From contig JAIVJP010000284.1 of assembly GCA_020199975.1 (NCBI GenBank), forward strand, positions 7,749 to 71,748: 64,000 nucleotides of DNA, read 5' to 3'. Positions within the stretch are counted from its first letter, which is position 1; the number at the start of each line of letters is the position of its first letter. The notes below the pieces were generated by a model. The model had not been told where the DNA came from. It searched no databases and saw only the letters and a list, made by a program, of their open reading frames with translations. A program made the translations under genes and the position numbers. Shown one piece after another: positions 48,201 to 56,785 of the stretch. Source of the DNA: Acidobacteriota bacterium (GTDB taxonomy: Bacteria > Acidobacteriota > Blastocatellia > Pyrinomonadales > Pyrinomonadaceae).

Positions 48201-48741
48201 GCTTCTCAAAGTGCGCAAAGATTGCGCCGAGCGCCGCTTTTGTTTGCAGCAAATCCTGACAGGTCTCGACTATCAGGAGATCTACGCCGCCATCCAGGAG
48301 CCCGCGTACTTGTTCGGCATACGCCGCTCGGAGATCGGCGAACGTGATATGACCGAGCGTCGGAAGCTTGCGGCCTGGGCCCATTGAGCCCGCGACCCAG
48401 CGAGGTTTGTCCTTGGTTGAGTAATCTGCGGCAACACGTTTGCCTAGACGAGCGGCCAGGACGTTCATGTCATACGCCTTATCGGCCATGTCGTATTCAG
48501 CAAAATCTACAGGCGTCCCGTTGAATGAATTGGTCTCGATTACGTCGCAGCCAACGTCGAGAAACGCGACGTGGACGTTTTCCACCGCGTCGGGCCGGGT
48601 GACGAGTAAGTTCTCGTTACAGCCTTCAAACCGTAGCCCGCCAAAATCCTCCAGCGTGAGATTTTGGACCTGCAGGTTGGTGCCCATCGCGCCGTCAAAG
48701 ACGACGATGCGCTCCTTTAATGTGTCGAGAAAATCACTCAT
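45202..48741 (-). CDS. metH: cobalamin-dependent methionine synthase
   Basis: 1179 aa with homocysteine-binding and pterin-binding barrels, a B12-binding domain carrying DVHDIGKN, and a C-terminal reactivation domain. Confidence 0.95.
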   Translation of the reverse strand: MSDFLDTLKERIVVFDGAMGTNLQVQNLTLEDFGGLRFEGCNENLLVTRPDAVENVHVAFLDVGCDVIETNSFNGTPVDFAEYDMADKAYDMNVLAARLGKRVAADYSTKDKPRWVAGSMGPGRKLPTLGHITFADLRAAYAEQVRGLLDGGVDLLIVETCQDLLQTKAALGAIFAHFEKHRVRVPVIAQVTIEVFGTMLNGTEIGAALTALAPFPIDVIGMNCGTGPRHMTESIRYLCENAPLPVSVLPNAGLPSVVEGKMHYDETPETFTNQVIHFASDFGVNVVGGCCGTTPAHLKLVVEAMQRISPKSRDAKLIPAASSIYFQQPYVQDASFLIVGERVNASGSKKMRDLLNAENWDGLVALAKEQEREGAHVLDVNVDFVGRNGEKDMHQLASRLVTNIKLPLMFDSTEWEKMEAGLQHAGGKSILNSTNYEDGVPRFTKVIDLAKRYGASVVIGTIDEEGMARTADGKFAIAKRAYEQATGELGLPASDIFFDPLALPISTGIEEDRRNALETIEGIRRIKKELTGCFTILGVSNISFGLNPASRVVLNSVFLHDAVEAGLDAAIVNASKIEPLNRIGEQELKVARDLIYDRREFEGDVCTYDPLTAFTTLFENVKSKAAKKESKGATVEERLKNHIIDGEKIGLEAELTTALEAYPALDIINNILLGGMKVVGDLFGSGQMQLPFVLQSAEAMKAAVRFLEPFMEKKGGATAKGTLVLATVKGDVHDIGKNLVDIILTNNGYKVINLGIKQPIDNILQAQEEHQADAIGMSGLLVKSTLIMKDNLDLMNERGITVPVILGGAALTRRYVDEDLKSIYKGSLYYAGDAFAGLHTMDKLVGGNGEQVITADLTKAAAAAGATQGEQTEDIEDRVGEEAKLGISKRAKPRGAISDGDTRHTTRSAIRTDVLIPQAPFYGSRVVDNIDLDDVFSFVNETALFKGQWQFKQGRRPAEEYQSLVRETVRPIYEGLIERSKREQLLLPQVVYGYFPAQSSGNDLIVYEDDQKIERLRFTFPRQPASKHLCLADFFASVESGRMDVVAFHLVTMGRRASEYAHELFKSDNYANYLYFHGLSVEGAEALAEFWHKRIREELGIADDDAADINKLFRQQYQGSRFSFGYPACPNLEDQAKLFELLEPGRIDVELSEEFQLEPEQSTSAIIVHHPEAKYFSID

Positions 48742-48860
48742 TTCCGATTGCCGATTTCCAATTGCCGATTTTCCGTTTGCTAGTTTCGAATTTAATCACA
48801 GCCTTTTATGCCCGCCGCCCTTGCCTTTCAATCGGCATTCGGCAATTGGCAATCGGCAAT
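48742..48860. repeat. paired-heptamer hairpin element (TTGCCGA / TCGGCAA) abutting the metH start codon
   Basis: Left arm TTCCGATTGCCGATTTCCAATTGCCGATTTTCCG; right arm TCAATCGGCATTCGGCAATTGGCAATCGGCAAT. Confidence 0.85.
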
Positions 48861-48861
48861 G

Positions 48862-48892
48862 ACAAAAGCCCCGCGCCAAACAACGCGGGGCT
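48862..48892 (-). promoter_or_regulatory. terminator-like hairpin inside the metH leader (attenuator candidate)
   Basis: Minus-sense sequence AGCCCCGCG-ttgtttgg-CGCGGGGCT followed by TTTT, lying between the promoter candidate and the metH start. Confidence 0.4.
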
Positions 48893-49002
48893 TGCCAAAG
48901 CCTTTTCGTCAGTCCTGTTAAGTCAAGACTCGCCGAGCTGTTTAGCCGATTGTTTTACGTGGCCGCAAGTCGCCTTAACTCACCACGTTTGGTCCGGCAG
49001 TC

Positions 49003-49031
49003 ATTGAAGCATCGCACCGTAAGACTGTCAA
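49003..49031 (-). promoter_or_regulatory. sigma70-like promoter candidate for metH
   Basis: Minus-sense TTGACA (49031-49026), a 17-nt spacer, then TTCAAT (49008-49003). This implies a leader of about 250 nt. Confidence 0.35.
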
Positions 49032-49109
49032 GCTATTAGGGCCAACGACGCCGGACCAACAGGAGTTTTCATTTCCCATTTTACGGTTTAGCCCTTACCA
49101 TTTCCCACC

Positions 49110-49613
49110 ATGCGACGCGCAATCTACCCCGGCTCATTCGATCCAGTCACTAACGGACACCTTGACATCATCGAACGAGGTTGCAAGTTGTTTGATGAGA
49201 TCATCGTAGCTATCCTGGTCCATCCTGAAAAGCAGCCCTTTTTTACCATTGAGGAGCGACGAGAAATGTTGTCGCAGGTGTTGCAACAAATTGATCGTGG
49301 TTCCTGCAAAGTTCATGTTGATCATTTCCAGGGGCTACTGGTCCAATATGCGGTTGCCCAACAGGCAAACGCGATCGTGCGCGGCATCCGGGCGATTTCT
49401 GACTATGAATATGAACTACAGATGGCATTGATGAACCGGCGGCTGGAGCCTTCGATAGAAACCGTTTTCATGATGCCTGCCGAAACGTACTCTTACGTCA
49501 GCTCGAGACTAGTCAAAGAAGTATTTCAGTTGGGTGGCACACTCGATGGATTAGTGCCGCCGGTGGTGGAAGCGCGCATGAAACGGAAGGTTAGACAGAG
49601 CGCCAATGACTAA
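49110..49613 (+). CDS. coaD: pantetheine-phosphate adenylyltransferase
   Basis: 167 aa with the motif [18 protein letters not shown]. Confidence 0.9.
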   Translation: MRRAIYPGSFDPVTNGHLDIIERGCKLFDEIIVAILVHPEKQPFFTIEERREMLSQVLQQIDRGSCKVHVDHFQGLLVQYAVAQQANAIVRGIRAISDYEYELQMALMNRRLEPSIETVFMMPAETYSYVSSRLVKEVFQLGGTLDGLVPPVVEARMKRKVRQSAND

Positions 49614-50808
49614 ACCAGCTTCATCGCTTTTTCCAGTTTCAGAAAACGTCGCGAAGATGCAGGCCTCGTCCACTCTTGCTGCCATTCAGGCGGCCGAAGC
49701 TTTGCGCGCGCAGGGTGTCAGCGTTGTCGACTTTGGTGCAGGTGAGCCGGATTTCGATACCCCGGACAATATTAAACAAGCTGCTGATCGGGCGATGATC
49801 GCGGGCCGCACAAAATACACCGCGACCGCAGGCACGCGCGAACTGCAACAGTCGATCATCGACTTTTACCAACGCGAGTTTGGCGCGGGCTATGAGCGAT
49901 CAGAAGTGATGGGAACTTCGGGGGGCAAGCAGGCGATATTTAATGCCGTTGTGACGCTCGTAAATCCGGGCGACGAAGTGCTGCTGGCAAAACCTTACTG
50001 GGTGACCTTTCCGGAGATTGTAATTTTTGCAGGCGCGTCGCCGGTATTTATTGAGACGGAAGAAACTTGCTTTTTGCTGACGGCCGCGCAGGTTGAGAAA
50101 GCGATAACCCCGCGCACCAAACTGATAATACTCAACTCGCCGAACAATCCTTCAGGCCGCGTTATTCCGCCCGGCGAATTCGAACGAATCATGGAGCTAT
50201 TGGCCGAGCGCGGCATCTACGTGGTTTCGGACGAATGCTATTTGCGTTTTGTTTACCCGCCGGCGGAAGTTTTCAGTGCGGCTGCTTTGCCTGACAGACT
50301 GCGACAACGTCTTTGCATCGCCGGTTCATTCTCAAAAACATATGCGATGACGGGTTGGCGGATCGGCTATGCGCTGGCGCCGCGCGAATGGACCAGCGCA
50401 ATGTTGAAGGTCCAGGGACACTCAACCAGCAATGCAAACTCGATTGCGCAAAGTGCGGCAGTCGAGGCACTGAATGGGCCCCAGGATTCTGTGGCTGCGA
50501 TGCTTACTGAGTACACCTCGCGGCGAGCGTGGCTGTTAAATGCATTGAAAGAGATTCCGCGCATAAGTTGCGCCGAGCCTGAAGGCGCGTTTTATGTTTT
50601 TCCCAACGTGCGAAACTGCTTGAACGCGGAAGTGAAACGCTCGGCGGAATTTGCGGCACGTTTGTTGGCAGAAGAACAGACGGTTGTAACAGACGGCGCT
50701 GCCTTTGGTGCTGAGGGTTGTATTCGTATTTCCTACGCTACTTCGATGGAGCAGCTGCGCGAAGGCGTGAAACGAATGAAGCGCTTCGTTGATAGATTGT
50801 CGCCTTAG
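49606..50808 (+). CDS. class I PLP-dependent (aspartate-type) aminotransferase
   Basis: 400 aa with the PLP-lysine context [15 protein letters not shown] and the NSPNNPSG motif. Confidence 0.9.
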   Translation: MTKPASSLFPVSENVAKMQASSTLAAIQAAEALRAQGVSVVDFGAGEPDFDTPDNIKQAADRAMIAGRTKYTATAGTRELQQSIIDFYQREFGAGYERSEVMGTSGGKQAIFNAVVTLVNPGDEVLLAKPYWVTFPEIVIFAGASPVFIETEETCFLLTAAQVEKAITPRTKLIILNSPNNPSGRVIPPGEFERIMELLAERGIYVVSDECYLRFVYPPAEVFSAAALPDRLRQRLCIAGSFSKTYAMTGWRIGYALAPREWTSAMLKVQGHSTSNANSIAQSAAVEALNGPQDSVAAMLTEYTSRRAWLLNALKEIPRISCAEPEGAFYVFPNVRNCLNAEVKRSAEFAARLLAEEQTVVTDGAAFGAEGCIRISYATSMEQLREGVKRMKRFVDRLSP

Positions 50809-50842
50809 CCAAAAAACTAGTTTGGCAGTGGCTAAAACAAGA

Positions 50843-50876
50843 AGGGCGGCAACTGAATCCAGTCGCCGCCCTTTTT
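50843..50876 (+). terminator. rho-independent terminator between convergent genes (possibly bidirectional)
   Basis: AGGGCGGC-loop-GCCGCCCT followed by TTTTT. An A-rich tract upstream gives a U-rich tail on the other strand. Confidence 0.65.
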
Positions 50877-50892
50877 ACTGTTGGAGAACACC

Positions 50893-52371
50893 TTAATAAA
50901 GGTTGAAGTTGTATTCCAGTTGGATGTACATGGATACGGGGCGTCCATCCTTGGTGGCTGGCACAAACCTGATTTGCCGTGCTGCCGCGATTGCCCGCTC
51001 AGTTAATCCAAACGGTAACCCAGATCTAGCACTTATATTGGTAACCTGCCCACCGGATGTGAACACCGCACGCAGGATCACTGTCCCAGTTATTTGGTTC
51101 TTGCGCGCATCTTCGGTGTACTGAGGCTCCGGCTTGGATAAGACGCGGGCCTTGGTATTAACGTCCTTACCACTAAACACCTTCTTATAGTCCGTACCGC
51201 CACCGCCGCCGCCGGGACCACCACCACCGTCATTGCGATCGCCGCCGCCAGTGTTGCCGCCGCGACCTGGTCCGTAACCACCACCTTCGCCCGGTCCCAT
51301 ACCGCCACCGGTTCCAGTGCCCATACCATTGCCCGTGCCGGGACCTGAAGATGGGTCAGTGCTTTTGGACTCGCGCAGACCGTAGTTAAGATTGCGGGTA
51401 TCCGGTGGAAATAACATTGGATCGGCAACAATCGTGGCCGCTACGGGTAAGGACGGATTCTTTAACGCAGGCGGTTTCGGGTCTGGAGCCACAACCTGCG
51501 GAATCGTCAGTGAAGCTTGCGGGGTTTTTCCAAACGATGCGGGTTTCTGTTCCTGTCGCCCACCACCGCCGCCACCGCCGGCCTTTTCCTGTTTTGGCTT
51601 GCTGCCGCCACCGTCGCCTTTAGCTTGTCCTGCCGTGCCTTCGTCTGGAGTAGGCTGGTCAGCGGGTATATCGATCAATTGATCGACAACTAATTCTTCC
51701 GCCGCTGCCCGTTCCTGATCCTGGCGCGTTTGCACCCGATCAAGCCACAGAACTCCAAACACCGCTGTGATCAACACAAACAGTGCCGTCAAAACACCCG
51801 TTGCAACATTTGGCTGGGACAGAAAACGCCACCCCGCCTGGCCATAGCCGGTGATCATGCGCTTCGAGAAGCCGAATGGGTCGCGCTTGAATTCGGGCCA
51901 CGTTAATTCCGATTCATGGGCCACTTCGCGAAGTACCAGGCTCAGCCGCGCCATCAATCCTGCATCGTCGATAAATGTCAGGTGATATTCGCCACGCGGC
52001 AAAACAGCAGCACCCGCTGCCCCGGCGAGAACCGGCGCGGCGATGCGGTCAGTAAAGGTCGGGTTACTCGCGACCTTCTTTTCCGGTTCCGCAATAGGTG
52101 CGTTTAAGGGGGTGCCATCCACGGGACAAAAGCTGAACTTATCCGCGAACTCTTCTCTGCAAGTGGAACAAAACTTCATTTCACGTACCTCTTTTTGGCT
52201 TTGGGGGAGCAGTACTGAATTTGCAGTATCTGCGTTTCCAAACTCCTGATAATAACTGTTTGCGACGCGTTGATCGAGTTCTTTTGAAGGTTCTGGAGCA
52301 ATCCAGCGATCAAGCAAACTCTTCAAATCATCTTCCGAGATAAAGCTGTCTCCCGGGTCAATGCTGCTCAT
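50893..52371 (-). CDS. zinc-ribbon / TM / Gly-Pro-rich / TonB C-terminal domain protein (putative anti-sigma partner)
   Basis: Start trimmed to ATG 52371 (MSSIDPG), 1 nt after the sigma-factor stop. It has a zinc ribbon (CSTC...CPVDG), a TM helix (VLTALFVLITAVFGVLWL), a long Gly/Pro tract and a TonB_C-like end (ITGTVILRAVFTSGGQV...). Confidence 0.8.
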   Translation of the reverse strand: MSSIDPGDSFISEDDLKSLLDRWIAPEPSKELDQRVANSYYQEFGNADTANSVLLPQSQKEVREMKFCSTCREEFADKFSFCPVDGTPLNAPIAEPEKKVASNPTFTDRIAAPVLAGAAGAAVLPRGEYHLTFIDDAGLMARLSLVLREVAHESELTWPEFKRDPFGFSKRMITGYGQAGWRFLSQPNVATGVLTALFVLITAVFGVLWLDRVQTRQDQERAAAEELVVDQLIDIPADQPTPDEGTAGQAKGDGGGSKPKQEKAGGGGGGGRQEQKPASFGKTPQASLTIPQVVAPDPKPPALKNPSLPVAATIVADPMLFPPDTRNLNYGLRESKSTDPSSGPGTGNGMGTGTGGGMGPGEGGGYGPGRGGNTGGGDRNDGGGGPGGGGGGTDYKKVFSGKDVNTKARVLSKPEPQYTEDARKNQITGTVILRAVFTSGGQVTNISARSGLPFGLTERAIAAARQIRFVPATKDGRPVSMYIQLEYNFNLY

Positions 52372-52372
52372 T

Positions 52373-53008
52373 TCAAGCCTTCTCCAAAGTAACAATTTCC
52401 CTGTGGCTATTCAAATAAGGTTGCAGCGTTTTCCTCAGCCGTGCGCGGGCCCGGTGGAGCCTTGCTTTTACCGCGCCAACATCGCTGCCCACCATGCTCG
52501 CGATTTCGTTCAGCGAGATTCCTTCATATTCGAAAAGAACTAACGCTTCGCGCTGTAAATGGGGCAAGTTTGCCACCGCTTCCGCCACGGTTTGGGACAA
52601 TTCGTTCTCCAGCAATCTACCGAGCGGCGCCTTACCGACGGCTATAAAGTCATTCTCATCGAATTCATCCAGCGCCGACTCTCGACCCAAGGTGCGCAAC
52701 TGCTTAAGCCAAAGATTCCGGGTGGCCGCCAACAGATAGGTGCGCAAGGACGCCCGCCCGGGATCGAAACTCGCTACCCTCTTTATCAAACTCAGGAAAC
52801 AATCGTGGGTTAAGTCTTCCGCATTTTCGACGTTGCCTGACAATCGGTAGGCAAAACGAAACACTGGTTTTCGATGCCGTTCATACAACTCCTGGAAGGC
52901 GGCCGCGTCGCCCGCTCCTGCCGATTCAAGCAAAAATTCGTCTGTGTTTCTCTCTGGCAATCGCCACTCGATTCTGCAGGAATCGCTTCCTACTAGTATT
53001 ACCGACAA
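52373..53008 (-). CDS. ECF-type RNA polymerase sigma factor
   Basis: 211 aa with region 2 (FRFAYRLSGNVENAEDLTHDCFL) and region 4 (ISLNEIASMVGSDVGAVKARLHRAR). The TTG start is uncertain. Confidence 0.85.
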   Translation of the reverse strand: MSVILVGSDSCRIEWRLPERNTDEFLLESAGAGDAAAFQELYERHRKPVFRFAYRLSGNVENAEDLTHDCFLSLIKRVASFDPGRASLRTYLLAATRNLWLKQLRTLGRESALDEFDENDFIAVGKAPLGRLLENELSQTVAEAVANLPHLQREALVLFEYEGISLNEIASMVGSDVGAVKARLHRARARLRKTLQPYLNSHREIVTLEKA

Positions 53009-53177
53009 ACAGGTAAAGGATACGGCTTTCCTTCAACTTTCGTTCGCCCGAGGCGGCATTTCAAATAACCGGGCCGAGTAAACTGCGTACAGCGGTCATG
53101 TTGTGAGCTTGTTCAAGCTTAACAGGTGGCCAATACTGTTCAACCCGAGGCTTTGGATGCATTTAGAAGGCAAACGG

Positions 53178-53206
53178 TTGACGACTAAATATCGTACCTC
53201 TAAGAT
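53178..53206 (+). promoter_or_regulatory. sigma70-like promoter candidate for the M16-like gene
   Basis: TTGACG, a 17-nt spacer, then TAAGAT. Confidence 0.35.
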
Positions 53207-53270
53207 GTTTTCGCCTCCCTTTTTGGCCCAAATGACGGCCTGAGCTGGACATTATTCAATCGGGAACCTT

Positions 53271-54686
53271 ATGAACGTCGCTGCATTTAGTGGTTTTCTT
53301 AGGAAGATGGCGCTGCTGCTCTCGATTGCTGCGGCTTCTCAAACGCTCGTCTATCCGCAGTCGTCGGCCACTCCCGAGCGGTTCCAGCTGTTGAATGGCC
53401 TGCGTGTTTTAGTGCTTACGCGACCCGGCGACCAGGAGGTTTTGCTGAAGCTACGAATCAATAGTGGCGCCGCGTTTGATCTCTCGGCCAAAGCGGGCAG
53501 CATGGCACTCTTGGGTGATCTACTCTTTCCCGATCCGGCAACCCGCGAATACTTCACCGAAGAAATGCAGGGACGGCTCAACGTGACGACGGATTACGAC
53601 TCTATAACCATCACCATGCAAGGCCAGGCTAAGCAGTTTGAAAAAATGGCTGAGATTCTCCGCACCGCACTAGTGACAACTCAACTGACGCCTGAAAACG
53701 TTGCGCGGGCCCGTGATGGCCGCGTCAAGATAATAAAGGACACGGGCATTTCGCCGACGATCTTGGCGGACCGGGCTATTGCCTCCAGGCTTTTTGGCGA
53801 TTTTCCCTATGGCCGTCCTTACACAGGAACGGTCGAATCGCTCGAGCGGATCGAACGTGGCGATCTTATGATCGCGCGCGAACGCTTTCTCAATCCCAAC
53901 AATGCCACCCTGGTGGTTATCGGTGGTGTTGAGCGCCCGCGCGTTAACCGCGCCCTGCGCCAATTACTCGGTGGCTGGCGCAAAAGTGAAAGAGTCGTTC
54001 CCGCAACCTTTCAACAGCCCGCCGTACCCGATGCACGCATACTAATCATGAATGCGCCAGCGGACCAAAGTGCTGAAGTCCGACTGGCAGTGCGTGGTTT
54101 TGCTCGCAACGATCCGGATGCTCAGGCCGCGTCGTTGCTCGCCCTCGTCGCCCTGAAGCGTTGGGAAACACTTCTTCCGGACTTGGCGCGTAACCCGGTT
54201 TTCGTCAGACACGATGCGTTTGCGTTACCCGGCTGGTTTGTCTTGGGGGCAAGCGTGGACAACTTGTTGGCTGCCAAAACCCTCTCGATTGCACAAGAGG
54301 TAGTAAAGTCACTAAACACGCAACCTGTAACTGAAGCAGAGCTTGAAGCAGCGAGGAGCCAAGCCATCGCCGCGCTCAACAAACACATCGGCACAAAAGA
54401 CGGTGCTGCCGAGGCCTGGCTCGACGTTGATACGTATTCAGTCAAAACCGCTCACGAACAGCTGGAGGCGCTGTCAAGAGTCTCTGCGAGCGATCTAAAA
54501 CGAGCGGCGAATCGGTTATTTTGGGAGGTAGCGCTTGCATCAGCAGTGATTGGAAACTCCGAAGTTCTCAAACCACAGCTCGAGCGTTACGGGAAGATAG
54601 AACTCTTTGGTGAACTTCCCGCATCTTCCAACGTGAAAACTGATCCGAAGTCAGCCAAGCCGCTCACATCACCGAAACCTGAGTAA
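53271..54686 (+). CDS. M16 (insulinase)-family peptidase-like protein, probably non-catalytic
   Basis: 471 aa with a signal peptide and a two-lobe M16-like layout. I found no HxxEH zinc motif. Confidence 0.7.
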   Translation: MNVAAFSGFLRKMALLLSIAAASQTLVYPQSSATPERFQLLNGLRVLVLTRPGDQEVLLKLRINSGAAFDLSAKAGSMALLGDLLFPDPATREYFTEEMQGRLNVTTDYDSITITMQGQAKQFEKMAEILRTALVTTQLTPENVARARDGRVKIIKDTGISPTILADRAIASRLFGDFPYGRPYTGTVESLERIERGDLMIARERFLNPNNATLVVIGGVERPRVNRALRQLLGGWRKSERVVPATFQQPAVPDARILIMNAPADQSAEVRLAVRGFARNDPDAQAASLLALVALKRWETLLPDLARNPVFVRHDAFALPGWFVLGASVDNLLAAKTLSIAQEVVKSLNTQPVTEAELEAARSQAIAALNKHIGTKDGAAEAWLDVDTYSVKTAHEQLEALSRVSASDLKRAANRLFWEVALASAVIGNSEVLKPQLERYGKIELFGELPASSNVKTDPKSAKPLTSPKPE

Positions 54687-54742
54687 TCACATTTCATTCG
54701 CAACCTGCCTGCAACCATATCAACAGCAACTTTCGCTTAACT

Positions 54743-55471
54743 GTGTCTGACGAAGAAAGCGCAAAGAAACGCGAGCAAGCGCAACGCATCCGCGAAATGT
54801 TCGCGGCGATCGCCACTCGTTACGATCTTTTAAATCACGTGCTTTCGGGTAACGTCGATCGGCGCTGGCGAAGCCTGTTAGTAAAGAGAGTGGCCACAAG
54901 GTTGGCGGTCTCTGACGCTCGCATTCTTGATGTAGCGTGCGGGACGGGCGATCTTTCGTTGGCATTAGATGCTGGGATAGAGGCCGAGGTGGTGGGACTG
55001 GACTTCTGCCGGCCCATGCTTGAGATCGCTGCTGCCAAGTCCAAAGATCGGGGACTGACGATTCCTTTCGTGGAAGGAGATGCGCTGAACCTTCCTTTTG
55101 GCGATCAGTCGTTCGATGGCGTATCCATAGCTTTTGGTCTTCGCAACCTTGCGAGCCTCGAAGAAGGCTTAAGAGAATTACTAAGAATTTTGCGACCGGG
55201 CGGAACAGTCGCGGTACTTGAGTTTTCAAGGCCCCAGGCACCGATTTTACGACCATTGTTCCGTCTTTACTTTACAAAGATTCTGCCGTTGTTTGGTGGG
55301 TGGATAAGCGGGTCGAAAAGCGCGTATCAGTATTTACCTTATTCGGTAGCGCGCTTTCCGGACCAGAGTTCCCTTACAGAGATGATGAAGAGGATTGGCT
55401 TTACCGAGGTCACTTTTCAGAATCTGACTGGCGGGATTGCGGCCCTGCATCTTGGCAGGCGTCCAAACTAG
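54743..55471 (+). CDS. ubiE: demethylmenaquinone/ubiquinone C-methyltransferase
   Basis: 242 aa with MFAAIATRYDLLNHVLS and the SAM motif LDVACGTGDL. Confidence 0.9.
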   Translation: MSDEESAKKREQAQRIREMFAAIATRYDLLNHVLSGNVDRRWRSLLVKRVATRLAVSDARILDVACGTGDLSLALDAGIEAEVVGLDFCRPMLEIAAAKSKDRGLTIPFVEGDALNLPFGDQSFDGVSIAFGLRNLASLEEGLRELLRILRPGGTVAVLEFSRPQAPILRPLFRLYFTKILPLFGGWISGSKSAYQYLPYSVARFPDQSSLTEMMKRIGFTEVTFQNLTGGIAALHLGRRPN

Positions 55472-55502
55472 GACAGGGATTCTTGCCCGTCCGAGCGAAA
55501 TG

Positions 55503-55648
55503 AAGACAGACGCCAAGGTCTGTCTTACTAAAGATTGGTTACAAGCACAGGTGCTTGTAACCATAAGAGCGTAGCCTGGAGGAATTCCTGGCGAGTGTAC
55601 GGTTGTCGGGGCCACGCACTCATTTCCAGCTTCCTCGCAGGCTACGTT
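55503..55648. repeat. three consecutive strong hairpins in the ubiE-permease spacer
   Basis: AAGACAGAC-gccaag-GTCTGTCTT (55503-55526). GGTTACAAGCAC-ag-GTGCTTGTAACC (55537-55562, perfect 12-bp arms). AGCGTAGCCTGGAGGAA...TTCCTCGCAGGCTACGTT (55568-55648). Confidence 0.75.
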
Positions 55649-55780
55649 CTTATTATTAAAGATGCTCGGTTCCTTCGTCGAACTCCGGCAATCACAACTT
55701 TCTCGGCCGGGAATGTCTATCCTAGTCGTATGCTATTATCCTCGCGATTTTGATCCTTCCGTTAATCGAGACACGCCAGA

Positions 55781-56785
55781 GTGCGTTCAGTTTTTAAGTA
55801 TAAAGTTTTCTCGGCGCTGCGGCGTTTCGCAATCTTTCTGCTCGTCGTTTGGACAGTTGTCTCGTTAGTTACGCTACTGATCGAACTGGTGCCAGGTGAT
55901 CCGGCCGTTGCTGTTCTCGGTGAACAAGCGACACCCGAGCAGTTCGAGCAGTTTCGCCAACTGCATGGGCTTGACCGCCCCCCATTCTTCTTTTCCTTTC
56001 CCCGCGACGCACAAGAAAACCGCCACCTTCAATGGCACGGCGCCAACAATCGCTACACCGATTACTGGGTTCGCCTGCTTCATGGTGACATGGGCCGCTC
56101 TTTTCGTACGGATCGTCCCGTCATCGAACTAATACTCGAGCGCTATCCGGCCACTATTCAACTTGCACTATCGGCCTTGTTGATTGCAGTACTCATCGCG
56201 ATTCCGCTGGGCGTAATCGCAGGAAAGAATCGCGGCACATGGATCGACAACCTTGCCTCCATTGTTGCGCTCATTGGGATCAGTCTGCCTGGTTTCGTTA
56301 TTGGGCCAATGTTGGTCTACGTTTTCGCGGTTAAATTTCGCTGGCTGGCGCCGTCGGGTCGTTTCGACTGGACTGATTTCATTTTACCATCGTTCACGCT
56401 GGGCGCCGCGCTGGCAGCGATTCTTACACGCATGGTGCGCTCGTCAGTTATTGAGGAGATGGGCGAAGACTACGTTCGCACCGCTCGCGCAAAAGGGTTA
56501 AGCGAAACGAAGGTTGTTTACAAACATGTCTTGAAAAATGGGTTGATTCCGGTAGTGACGATTCTTGGTTTGCAGCTTGGCGTTTTGCTTGCCGGTGCAA
56601 TCATCACTGAAAAAATATTCGGCTGGCCTGGTTTGGGACTTCTCCTGGTGGAAGACGGAATCGGCAAACGCGACTACCGCGTGGTCCAGGGATGCGTCCT
56701 CGTGATCAGCATCACTTACATAGTAGCCAATATGCTTACCGACATGGTGTATCGGTGGTTGGATCCCAGGATTCGAGTATCTTAG
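55781..56785 (+). CDS. ABC transporter permease, DppB/OppB family
   Basis: 334 aa with a GTG start, N-terminal LIELVPGDP and an EAA-like loop (YVRTARAKGLSE). Confidence 0.85.
   Translation: MRSVFKYKVFSALRRFAIFLLVVWTVVSLVTLLIELVPGDPAVAVLGEQATPEQFEQFRQLHGLDRPPFFFSFPRDAQENRHLQWHGANNRYTDYWVRLLHGDMGRSFRTDRPVIELILERYPATIQLALSALLIAVLIAIPLGVIAGKNRGTWIDNLASIVALIGISLPGFVIGPMLVYVFAVKFRWLAPSGRFDWTDFILPSFTLGAALAAILTRMVRSSVIEEMGEDYVRTARAKGLSETKVVYKHVLKNGLIPVVTILGLQLGVLLAGAIITEKIFGWPGLGLLLVEDGIGKRDYRVVQGCVLVISITYIVANMLTDMVYRWLDPRIRVS

Noticed and set aside
48862-49031. Assigning the metH leader to a specific riboswitch class (cobalamin, SAM-I, SAM-II, SAH)
   Set aside because: I could not find the conserved cores by eye: the B12 box, the SAM-I GAGGGA/GCAACC elements, the SAM-II AAAGCU context or the SAH AGGAGCG core. 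I report it only as an unclassified attenuator candidate that needs a covariance-model search.
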